The translations under genes and the position numbers were made by a program. A DNA stretch of 64,000 nt from NCBI GenBank assembly GCA_003707115.1, contig PPNB01000013.1, forward strand, positions 1-64,000, written 5' to 3'. This DNA comes from Tortispora ganteri (Eukaryota). Below the pieces are notes generated by a model, which ran no database searches, was not told the DNA's origin, and saw only the letters and a program-made list of their open reading frames with translations. Position 1 is the first letter of the stretch. Every line of letters begins with the position of its first letter. Positions 1-8,117 of this stretch are shown here, piece by piece.

Positions 1-582
1 CGCAGACCCGCCCCTGATCTCCGTGATTGCGCCGTCCCCCACGTAGAACATCACCTCGACTAGTCCCGTTTCGCCCCCAACAACGATCCCATCAGCTGTC
101 ACTTCTGCAGCCAGAGTCACTTTCGAGCCGTCCCTGTACTGACCCGCCGCAATAGCCTCGAAACTGCCGTTGAACGCGTCGTAGCCTACCGCGTATACAC
201 CTTCGCTGTACGGCGGCTGCGAAGCGCACACCGACAGAGCATTGGTCGTAGACGCCAGGTCTTCTGACACTACTGGCACTATTGGCACTACCGTCACGAT
301 TGGTACTTCAACCCGAACACTGCCGCTGACAACGACCGATGTGCCGATCTCCTCGTAGTAGCCCCACATGTACTTCTCGTTGTCTGCCTTCGGAACGTAG
401 CTTATCGTCGTTGCCACGCACTGCTGACAGTACCACCCGCTCACCGTTTCAAGGCCCGCCCTGCACGTTGCGTCAAACGCAGTCACCACTGCCGATGTGC
501 TAGCAAAAACTCGTCCATAAACTGTCGTCGTTTCCAGTGGAGGTTCGCACAAAAACGTCTTCACTTCCGTAACTGTGCTCAT
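1..582 (-). CDS. Partial ORF of unknown function (runs off the left edge), Val/Thr/Gly-rich
   Basis: ATG at 582, then 194 stop-free codons to base 1 (MSTVTEVKTFLCEPPLETTTVYG...AITEIRGGSA). All three + frames have early stops. Absent from the ORF track because its stop lies outside the window. Confidence 0.6.
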   Translation of the reverse strand, partial: MSTVTEVKTFLCEPPLETTTVYGRVFASTSAVVTAFDATCRAGLETVSGWYCQQCVATTISYVPKADNEKYMWGYYEEIGTSVVVSGSVRVEVPIVTVVPIVPVVSEDLASTTNALSVCASQPPYSEGVYAVGYDAFNGSFEAIAAGQYRDGSKVTLAAEVTADGIVVGGETGLVEVMFYVGDGAITEIRGGSA

Positions 583-1900
583 TATGTTGTTGGTTGGTAA
601 GTCTCATTGCCAGCGAATACGCTGCTAGTATCAGCGAGTCGGACTAACTTGCCCGACTCCGACCGAGCCAAAATGTAAACAATCGGCTCATCTACCTATC
701 ACGCTAAATGTGATCAGTGGCAATATAAATAAATAATAGTAGCATTAAATCAACAAAATTTGTTACCATTAAATTAACAATCAGTACTAGCATTAGACCA
801 ATAGTTAATATCAAATGCCAAATTATATATGAACCAAAGACGTCTCATCACTAAATTGTCGCCACCGCTCACTCGTCACACACCACGATACATATATATG
901 TAACTTACTTAATTCCTTGCTGTTTAACTGTATACTGGAAATTACAATGCCAGAAAATCAAGCAATGTTTGAACACTTCTACTCTGAGAACAGCGTAAAA
1001 GAGCAATCGCCTCAAGTAACGACGTCAAGTTGACGGTGGTTTTAAGATTATGTCAAGGTGTCGAATGAATAATTTTATGTCACTTTATGGCAAGTGAACT
1101 ATCCTTCGGTCGAGATCAGCCTGGATTAGCACGACTGGTTTAATCAGTGCAACGAAATCATTATATTATTTCATGGCACATGTTTTGAACGCATTGATGG
1201 CAAAAGTAGCTTTCAGTAGGTTCTTTTGATTAGACCTATCTCACAGTACATAATATTTACTCACAGACTTTTAGGGGAGCGAGCGGGCCAGGATGGAAAA
1301 AACCTGTCAAATCAGCCTGTATACCCATAAATAGAGCGATATAATCGATAACCAGGCCGCATGATCCTTCTACATGGTAATATGTTGCATGAACCGGTAC
1401 ACAGTCCTGACTGAGAGGTAAACAGTGCTATACCGAAGATTGCTGTTGACTGTGAGTGATTGTACAATTATACCTTCTCTGGGCAGCTCATTAGTAATAT
1501 AGGCATAAAAGCATTGCAAGTAGCTATGAACACGCACATATCATCATTGGTAGCAATACTGAGCAAATATACTCCAGTCGTTACTGGCGCAAAGCGACCA
1601 GTGAGTTCAGCCAAGACTATTAACAAGTATTAGCTTGTAAGCGCACAAGCTAGCGGATATATCACGTAACTGAACCTTATAGCTATGAATAATTATTACT
1701 TAATACCTTTCATTGCTCATAGTTTCTTGCATTTTAGCGCGTAGGTATGAGCTCAAAAAAAAAAATCTAAAAGAAGAAAGTTTAGATCGCTGTTGTAGTA
1801 ATGTTGGCCCAGAGTATGTTGCTAGTCATGTCGATCACAGGTTAGTCCTAGTTCTTATCATATCATAGATTGGAACCAATTGGTTACACTTCAAGTGCTT

Positions 1901-3676
1901 TCAAGCAACTGTCCGGCTGCTCCCTTTCTCTATCTCTTTCCTGAGAGATTTCCATAAAGACTTGCTGCTGCTACGACTGATAACTTTTCCAGCTCTTTTA
2001 AGTACCGGGATAGATGAAACGCCGTCATTTTCTTCCGATTCGGATCCTGAATCAGAGCTAGAATCATCGCTATCAGAATCATCAGTATTGAACATGTTAA
2101 TAACGTCGGATTTTGTCCCATTCTCTTTGTTATTATCAGTTCTTAAAGGGTTGGTGCTAGTACCTGGTTTATCTTCACCGGTATGCAATTTTCGACTAGG
2201 TGTAATATCATGGACCGGAAACTTTGGTTTTGAAATCATCATTTTCAAAGAGGGGAATGGGCTATGTAAAACAGACGAACTAGCCGTATTTGAACCACCT
2301 TTGTCGTCAGCCGAGGTTGAAACAGACTTTGTATGAATGTCTCTAGGATCTTGCAGTTTCCGTTCTAGCTCAGAGCTTGGCAGCGGTGAGTTTATCAGGT
2401 TGCCAAAAGTTTTAACAGAAACAGTAGGATTACCTACAACTCTCCGTCTACCTACATTTGAAATAGTTTGCCCATGAGGATGGTCGGAGTCTGCACTTGA
2501 ATAACCTGTATCGTCACTCGTGTCACTTACTTCGTCCTTTCTAATATCAGACAAGGTGCGTAATTCATCCTGAGTTCCTAGATCTAGATCACTAGAAGAT
2601 TCAATTTTATCATCTTGTGTCGATTGAGGATTATGACTTCTAGCACTAGCATCGTTATCTGCACTATTACGTAAAGAACCAATGGCACTCGCTATCAGAG
2701 AATCAGGTTTTTCATCTTTTACAAGGTCAGGGTTGTCCGTCTTGCAATTTTTCACACCATCTAGCATATTCGCGTTCGATGGCCACGCCTGCCCTGACTT
2801 CTCTTCGCCAACAGGGTTTGCTGTTTTTCCACTTTTGTGATTTTCGCTTAGTTCCGTTTGGCTGTCGGATTGCGAGTGCGTGAGGTTGATATCGGGTAGC
2901 CCTGTTTCAGGACTAGATAACTCCTGAGATATTGTGTCCTTGTCAGAATTCGGATCTGTATCTGACATGCTACCGTTTTCGAAATCTTTATCGTCGGACA
3001 TTATTGAAGCTAAATCGCTTTTGCGTATTTTGTCCAGCAGGGCTGAGGCAAAAGAGCGTTGTGAATTGATCTGAGGGGGATGCAATTGAATACCATTACT
3101 CTTCGAGGTATTTTGTGGTTGATGCATATCGATCGAGCTGGTAGCGAGTTGTCCTGAATGAGAAGTTGATTTCGATTTCTTTGGTGTGTCCTCGCGTTTG
3201 CGTTTTCTCTTCACAGAGGGCTCACCATTTAGCAGATGCGTTTCTTTGGCTGTTCCTGGAGTAGCCAAAGAACTCTTAGCTGAATCTGCAGGATATTTTT
3301 CCATAATGGCCAAAACGGCGCCACCTGCAGGGAACACGTCGCTTAGCTTGTACTCGGGGTCGATATCGCAGCCGCTACAGTCTTTCAATATCGCGACTTT
3401 AGCAAACTCACAATCGCCGTACAAACTTTTATAATGCTTGTAAATACCATTTTTCAGTTCCTCTATGCTTAAGTCCGACTTGCATACGTGAAGGAACTTT
3501 TGACGTGCATGTCGGACAAAACTTTCCTGGCCCACGAACGAAGACATGGGCGAAGCAGGAGACATGCTCTTAATTGTCCATAGCGAGTCATCATGCTGTT
3601 CGCGAAGATCGTCGTCAGCGATAGTCGCAACCTGTAGTCTGACCAATTCCTCGTCGGACCGTGACTTTTCTACCAT
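1901..3676 (-). CDS. Net1/Tof2/Dnt1-family nucleolar protein with N-terminal Cdc14-binding domain
   Basis: Segment KFLH...KSLY...LKDCSGCDIDPEYKLSDVF resembles the Net1/Dnt1 N-terminal domain. The rest is S/D/K-rich low complexity. Confidence 0.7.
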   Translation of the reverse strand: MVEKSRSDEELVRLQVATIADDDLREQHDDSLWTIKSMSPASPMSSFVGQESFVRHARQKFLHVCKSDLSIEELKNGIYKHYKSLYGDCEFAKVAILKDCSGCDIDPEYKLSDVFPAGGAVLAIMEKYPADSAKSSLATPGTAKETHLLNGEPSVKRKRKREDTPKKSKSTSHSGQLATSSIDMHQPQNTSKSNGIQLHPPQINSQRSFASALLDKIRKSDLASIMSDDKDFENGSMSDTDPNSDKDTISQELSSPETGLPDINLTHSQSDSQTELSENHKSGKTANPVGEEKSGQAWPSNANMLDGVKNCKTDNPDLVKDEKPDSLIASAIGSLRNSADNDASARSHNPQSTQDDKIESSSDLDLGTQDELRTLSDIRKDEVSDTSDDTGYSSADSDHPHGQTISNVGRRRVVGNPTVSVKTFGNLINSPLPSSELERKLQDPRDIHTKSVSTSADDKGGSNTASSSVLHSPFPSLKMMISKPKFPVHDITPSRKLHTGEDKPGTSTNPLRTDNNKENGTKSDVINMFNTDDSDSDDSSSDSGSESEENDGVSSIPVLKRAGKVISRSSSKSLWKSLRKEIEKGSSRTVA

Positions 3677-3839
3677 AAAACACTGAGTTACGTAAAAGGT
3701 GAAGCAAAGCCAGAAAAATCTCCCACGTCAAATTGATCTAACCTTAATGCTGCACGACACGGATCGAGAAACGTAGTCTACGCAAAAAGTACGCTTAATA
3801 AAATGTTATATTAGTGTTTTCGAACAAAATAAATCTACG

Positions 3840-4700
3840 TTATTCTTCAGCAGCGGCTTCCGGCGCGGCTTCGGGTTCGGCTTCAGGAGCAGCTTCAGGA
3901 GCAGCCTCAGCTTCACGACGGTATAAAGGCATTCCTTTCATTCTAAAGGCTTCGGGTTCAGCTTCAGCTTCGGCTTCGGCCTCACGGCGGTACAAGGGCA
4001 TTCCTTTCATTCTGAAAGCTTCAGCTTCGGCCTCGGCCTCACGGCGGTACAAGGGCATTCCCTTCATTCTGAATGCTTCAGGCTCTGCTTCGGCTTCGGC
4101 CTCACGGCGGTACAAGGGCATTCCTTTCATTCTGAAAGCTTCAGCTTCAGCCTCGGCCTCACGGCGGTACAAGGGCATTCCCTTCATTCTGAATGCTTCA
4201 GCTTCGGCCTCACGACGATACAAGGGCATTCCCTTCATTCTGAATGCTTCGGGTTCAGCTTCGGCTTCACGACGGTATAAAGGCATTCCTTTCATTCTAA
4301 ACGCTTCAGGCTCAGCTTCGGCCTCAGCTTCGGCCTCAGCTTCACGACGGTACAAGGGCATTCCTTTCATTCTAAACGCTTCGGGTTCAGCTTCGGCGTC
4401 ACGACGGTATAAAGGCATTCCTTTCATTCTAAACGCTTCAGGCTCAGCTTCGGCCTCAGCTTCACGACGGTACAGAGGCATCCCCTTCATTCTGAAAGCT
4501 TCGGGTTCAGCTTCGGCGTCACGACGATACAAGGGCATTCCCTTCATTCTGAATGCTTCGGGTTCAGCTTCGGCTTCACGACGGTATAAAGGCATTCCTT
4601 TCATCCTGAAAGCTTCAGGCTCTGCTTCAGGCAGAGGAGCCGGGGCCGAGGCAACGATAGATGAATAGATAGCCAAAAGAGCGATTATTGAACTTCTCAT
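3840..4700 (-). CDS. Kex2-processed repeat precursor, probable alpha-type mating pheromone (12 x FRMKGMPLY), 286 aa
   Basis: Signal peptide MRSSIIALLAIYSSIVAS from ATG 4700, then 12 identical cores, each followed by RR and preceded by EA/DA/EP dipeptide spacers. GMPLY resembles GQPMY of S. cerevisiae alpha-factor. Confidence 0.85.
   Translation of the reverse strand: MRSSIIALLAIYSSIVASAPAPLPEAEPEAFRMKGMPLYRREAEAEPEAFRMKGMPLYRRDAEAEPEAFRMKGMPLYRREAEAEAEPEAFRMKGMPLYRRDAEAEPEAFRMKGMPLYRREAEAEAEAEAEPEAFRMKGMPLYRREAEAEPEAFRMKGMPLYRREAEAEAFRMKGMPLYRREAEAEAEAFRMKGMPLYRREAEAEAEPEAFRMKGMPLYRREAEAEAEAFRMKGMPLYRREAEAEAEAEPEAFRMKGMPLYRREAEAAPEAAPEAEPEAAPEAAAEE
3915..4630 (-). repeat. Coding tandem array of 12 peptide units (51-75 bp, spacer length varies in 6-nt steps)
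   Basis: Recurring ggcattcc(t/c)ttcat core with synonymous variation between copies. Confidence 0.95.
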
Positions 4701-4916
4701 CTCTAGCTTTTCTGAATGATGCAAATCAGAAAGGACATGGAGAACTAATTTATACGTTTGCAGACACTCAAAGGGCGTAATCGCCAAGATTGAAAAGGGC
4801 CTAGCTCAACCAATAAGAAAAATACGCAATCTAAATATATACCAGAAACTCCACACTATCAAGCATTCAAAGGGATTCGTCGGACCAAATGGAAGCTTAT
4901 CTTGGCCGAAGTTCAC

Positions 4917-5255
4917 GCAAAGTTGCCTTTTCTAGCGGACTATAGCAATCTAAAAGCAAGCTATAATGAACATGCCTAAAGCTAAATCAGTCGCTTATTA
5001 TCTGTGATTGTGATAAGCATGGAAAACTGTTCATTAGCAATTGCATCGCATAGTTGCGTCATGAAGAGCGTGCTATCGAACACCACACTTCCCCTGAAGT
5101 CCATGTTGCACCATCTGCGCTGAGTAGAGGAGACAAAATACAACAGAATTCATATCTTCGAAAGCCTAACGCAAAAAGAATAGATTAGCTTTTGAGTATT
5201 CCGATTCTAGATTTAGTGTCGAGGAGAGTTGCATGCAAAGTTGCCTATTTTGGCG
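4917..5255. promoter_or_regulatory. Two copies of a 21-bp element upstream of the peptide precursor, one with a CArG (Mcm1-type) box
   Basis: GCAAAGTTGCCTTTTCTAGCG (4917-4937) and GCAAAGTTGCCTATTTTGGCG (5235-5255) match at 18/21. CCTATTTTGG at 5244-5253 fits CC(A/T)6GG. Confidence 0.5.
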
Positions 5256-5528
5256 AAGTATAGACAGTTCAAAGGAGGATTCCTACATAATAGATAGGGC
5301 CATAACTGATATTCGGTCTCTACATTCGAAGAGTCTTCTAAGAGCCAAATTAAGCTTAACCGTGATAAATATCGGCAAATCAAATCCAAATGGTCTGCTG
5401 TACGTGTATAAACGCGGGCGGAGCGATGTCTATGAGCGCAAATAGAGATGCGGTATTAGGGCGATCGTCTTCATGGCGAGGAACTTTTAATTCCTCTCTT
5501 GGAGGCAGGCTGCCGCTATTGGAACCGT

Positions 5529-6251
5529 TCACTCGGATTTCTGCTGTTGCCGTTTTGAGCGAGTCTTAGACCGTGAGTAGTAATTATACAGGAACCGTGC
5601 TAGAGCGATAGGAGGAATGAACTGCAAGATGTTCGCAATTAGTCCAGGTCTAGTAACATTAAGCATCTCTATTACTTCCTGTTTTAGATCATCACGAGAT
5701 CCGTCGTTCCAGATTACTATGTCGGCGTACGAGATTTTGACATCTATCGGCAGCTGACTTTTGATGCGCTTATCGGCATCTTCTTCAGAAAGTTCTGGAT
5801 TCCTGGAAAGAAGACGTTTACGTTGATTCTCGGCAGAGCAGGCGATAACCAGCGTCTTATCGCAGAGTACTTCTGTCCCTGCCTCAAATAGTAGAGGAAC
5901 GTCAAGAATAGCAACTTTGTAGAACTTAATCCACGCCAGGAACAAAAGATATAGTGTACGCTTCCGAACAGCAGGGTGCACTATAGAATTGAGCACTCTG
6001 AGTTGATCACTGTTTCCAAAGACAGCCTTGCCTAGTGCAGGTCTGTTTAGTGAACCGTCTTCCAATAGGAGATCAGGTACTATGGGGCCGAAGTACTTAA
6101 CGATCTTGTTGTACGCGGGCTCTCCCACATTGACTACTTCTCGCGCTATTTTATCGGCATCAATTATAAATACATCAGGTAATTGTGAAAATATCTGTGA
6201 AGCTGTAGACTTTCCTGTGGCGATTCCGCCTGTAAGTCCAACAATAATCAT
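5529..6251 (-). CDS. CAB5: Dephospho-CoA kinase
   Basis: MIIVGLTGGIATGKST P-loop, IDADKIAREVV, LNSIVHPAVR and DVPLLFE motifs. Confidence 0.95.
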   Translation of the reverse strand: MIIVGLTGGIATGKSTASQIFSQLPDVFIIDADKIAREVVNVGEPAYNKIVKYFGPIVPDLLLEDGSLNRPALGKAVFGNSDQLRVLNSIVHPAVRKRTLYLLFLAWIKFYKVAILDVPLLFEAGTEVLCDKTLVIACSAENQRKRLLSRNPELSEEDADKRIKSQLPIDVKISYADIVIWNDGSRDDLKQEVIEMLNVTRPGLIANILQFIPPIALARFLYNYYSRSKTRSKRQQQKSE

Positions 6252-6687
6252 TTCGATGATTCGATCGATAAGTTCTGGTTACCGCGCCTGAAGGAGTCGG
6301 CTGTTGCACGACTGGCGTAGCAACGAAATGGTAACAGCGAAATGCGTACGGATAATTTGGTTATTTTCTCTGTAATAACAACCTATACAACAATACAAAT
6401 GCACTTCAAGTACAATTAGAAAGACGGTCAATTGTAAGTTCTGTGCGTTGTTGAATCAAGTATCTGCAATGGGGTTGCTTTAGATGTCACGTGGAAACTA
6501 ATGATGTAAGACGGAGATTCAGTGTATAATGTTACTAGAGAGCGTATATGCCGGTCGAAATTTTAGTTGGTATATTGAATTTTGCCGACGAGAATCAAAG
6601 AGTTGCTCCTTGAATAGTATACATAAATGTCATTAGGATAAAGAGCTGTTGCCGGGTAAAGCTATAGGAGTGTGATCTGCAAAGGTC

Positions 6688-7338
6688 TTAGCTGCACAGC
6701 AGCTGGATGTAGTAAGTATGCGTGTCTTCGTCGTACCAATCAAAACAGTTCGAAGATGTATGGTCTATTTCATCGGCTTTAATTTTAAATGCAACGCTTT
6801 CAAATGGCTCGGCATGAACAACTAGGTACTGATAATTACTATCCGGAGGCATGTCTACCTTTTGTTCGACGGCGCTCATGATGCGGTAACGAGGCTTAAG
6901 CTCCTGTGCTGCTTCCGTATATTGCAGATAAAATACTAGGCCAAGTTTTCGGGAGACTGGATCTTTGATTTTCTGGACATCAAAGCCCGGACGGCCAATT
7001 TTAGCGACATTCTTGCGAACTTTGCGGGTTCCCGATAGAGGGAAACTGATTCTTGATTCTTGATTCTTCTGATCTAAAGCAGCACGTCTTGCAAGATTGT
7101 TTTGATGTTTTTTACCTTGCGTATGAGCCAAATACGATCCATCGTTTAAATGCTGAGTGAGACATAACCTACACTCAAAGTATCCTAAGTGGTTTTTGAA
7201 CAGGTATGGATCTTTCTCTATATCGATAGTCTCTAGTGCCAGGGCCCTTAGCCTCGATCTTCGTGCAGCATTAGTTTCTGAAGATCCAGCAAGACCTCCA
7301 GATCCTTTTTTTGAGCCGCCTCTGTTCTGGTAGTCCAT
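6688..7338 (-). CDS. PRP11: Splicing factor 3a subunit 2 (SF3a66/Sap62)
   Basis: MDYQNRGGSKKGSGG start (ATG 7338), DPYLFKNHLG, matrin-type zinc finger CRLC...HTQGKKH and KIGRPG. Confidence 0.93.
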   Translation of the reverse strand: MDYQNRGGSKKGSGGLAGSSETNAARRSRLRALALETIDIEKDPYLFKNHLGYFECRLCLTQHLNDGSYLAHTQGKKHQNNLARRAALDQKNQESRISFPLSGTRKVRKNVAKIGRPGFDVQKIKDPVSRKLGLVFYLQYTEAAQELKPRYRIMSAVEQKVDMPPDSNYQYLVVHAEPFESVAFKIKADEIDHTSSNCFDWYDEDTHTYYIQLLCS

Positions 7339-7500
7339 GATCTGGCCGTTTAATTGTAAAGCGCTTTGTGGGCGTTCTAGGAGGAGGTGTATAGCTAACC
7401 CTATAGTGCCATACATAGGGTACCCTAATATTACAACACAACTAGACCATAAATTTTTCTTTTCGACAGTACCTCTAATAAAACGTAAGTTCTATACTGA

Positions 7501-7595
7501 AGAAAGCTCTGATTATATCAATTACCAATTGTTCCTACTGAAAAGATTTATGTGGATGATATTCATTAAGTTTCAGCCTTGTATGAGCGCTTTCT
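7501..7595 (+). ncRNA. SNR41: Box C/D snoRNA, snR41 homologue (18S Am541 and Gm1126 guides)
   Basis: Terminal stem AGAAAGC/GCTTTCT and variant C box CTGATTA. Guide CCAATTGTTCCT before D' CTGA (7538) is antisense to conserved 18S AGGAACAAUUGG. Guide TAAGTTTCAGCCTTG before D box ATGA (7583) is antisense to 18S CAAGGCUGAAACUUA. The +5 rule hits A and G. Confidence 0.9.
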
Positions 7596-7685
7596 GTGTG
7601 TCTTATTTATAAGATTGCTAACATTATAGAAGTTTTTACTTTGATAGTCCATTCGTAGAAGCCACGTAGCATTCCACGTGCGGAT

Positions 7686-7808
7686 GATTGAATGATGAAC
7701 AATAGACCGGGCGGACATAGTCTCGGTTGTCCACTCCTTGCGAGTAAAAGGCTCTACGTACAATAGAGCTGGACTCCGAAATTGCTGAATGGTCTTGTAC
7801 TGACAATC
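7686..7808 (+). ncRNA. SNR70: Box C/D snoRNA, snR70/SNORD43 homologue (18S Cm1639 guide)
   Basis: Stem GATTG/CAATC, C box ATGATGA 7692 and D box CTGA 7800. Guide GAC(C)GGGCGG is antisense to 18S CCGCCCGUC, followed by variant D' CATA. Lies between snR41 and snR51 as in the known cluster. Confidence 0.8.
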
Positions 7809-7851
7809 TTTTCTGTTATGACGGTAAGTTTTTTATTTCTGTCAACTAGCT

Positions 7852-7940
7852 GATCCCTATGATGAGAAACGTATTCACACTGTATGAGTGATGCAATGAA
7901 CAAAACAAAACAAAAACTGATTTAATGAGACTGAGGGATC
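7852..7940 (+). ncRNA. SNR51: Box C/D snoRNA, snR51 homologue (25S Um2729 and 18S Am100 guides)
   Basis: Stem GATCCC/GGGATC, C box ATGATGA 7859 and D box CTGA 7931. Guides GTATTCACACTG (antisense to 25S CAGUGUGAAUAC) and AACTGATTTAATGAG (antisense to 18S CUCAUUAAAUCAGUU). Confidence 0.92.
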
Positions 7941-8117
7941 TCCTATGATATCAGCGTTCTTTACTAACAGATAGATAGATAACCCGAAAATCACAATACT
8001 TACCGGATATTATATTTACGTAGCTATGTATAATATATAAATGTAATACTTTTAGCAATTTCATGTGGCTGCTAGTCTCGTGTGGATCTGCCATGTTTGC
8101 ACTCTACTTTTGCATTG

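Larger units (their letters stand above)
7460..7990 (+). ncRNA. Spliced non-coding snoRNA host transcript (ends approximate)
   Basis: Intron 1: GTAAGT 7485, GCTAAC 7617, TAG 7629. Intron 2: GTAAGT 7824, TACTAAC 7962, AG 7970 or 7974. Each encloses a C/D snoRNA. No credible ORF in the exons. Confidence 0.7.

Noticed and set aside
3915..4630. Repeat-spacer pattern resembling a CRISPR array
   Set aside because: Eukaryotic DNA, spacers are EA/EP codons rather than unique sequences, repeats vary at synonymous sites, and there are no cas genes.
3814..4668. 284-aa + strand ORF (ASASRRYKGIPFIL repeats)
   Set aside because: Antisense shadow of the peptide precursor, with a GTG start and no signal peptide. 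The minus frame has coherent processing sites.
1901..6251. Fungal RiPP (dikaritin) cluster around the repeat precursor
   Set aside because: No UstYa/DUF3328 oxidase, tyrosinase or transporter nearby. The neighbours are a Net1-like gene and CAB5.
7337..7763. Small ORFs 7337-7612 (+) and 7566-7763 (-)
   Set aside because: They overlap the snoRNA cluster and its promoter and show no protein features.
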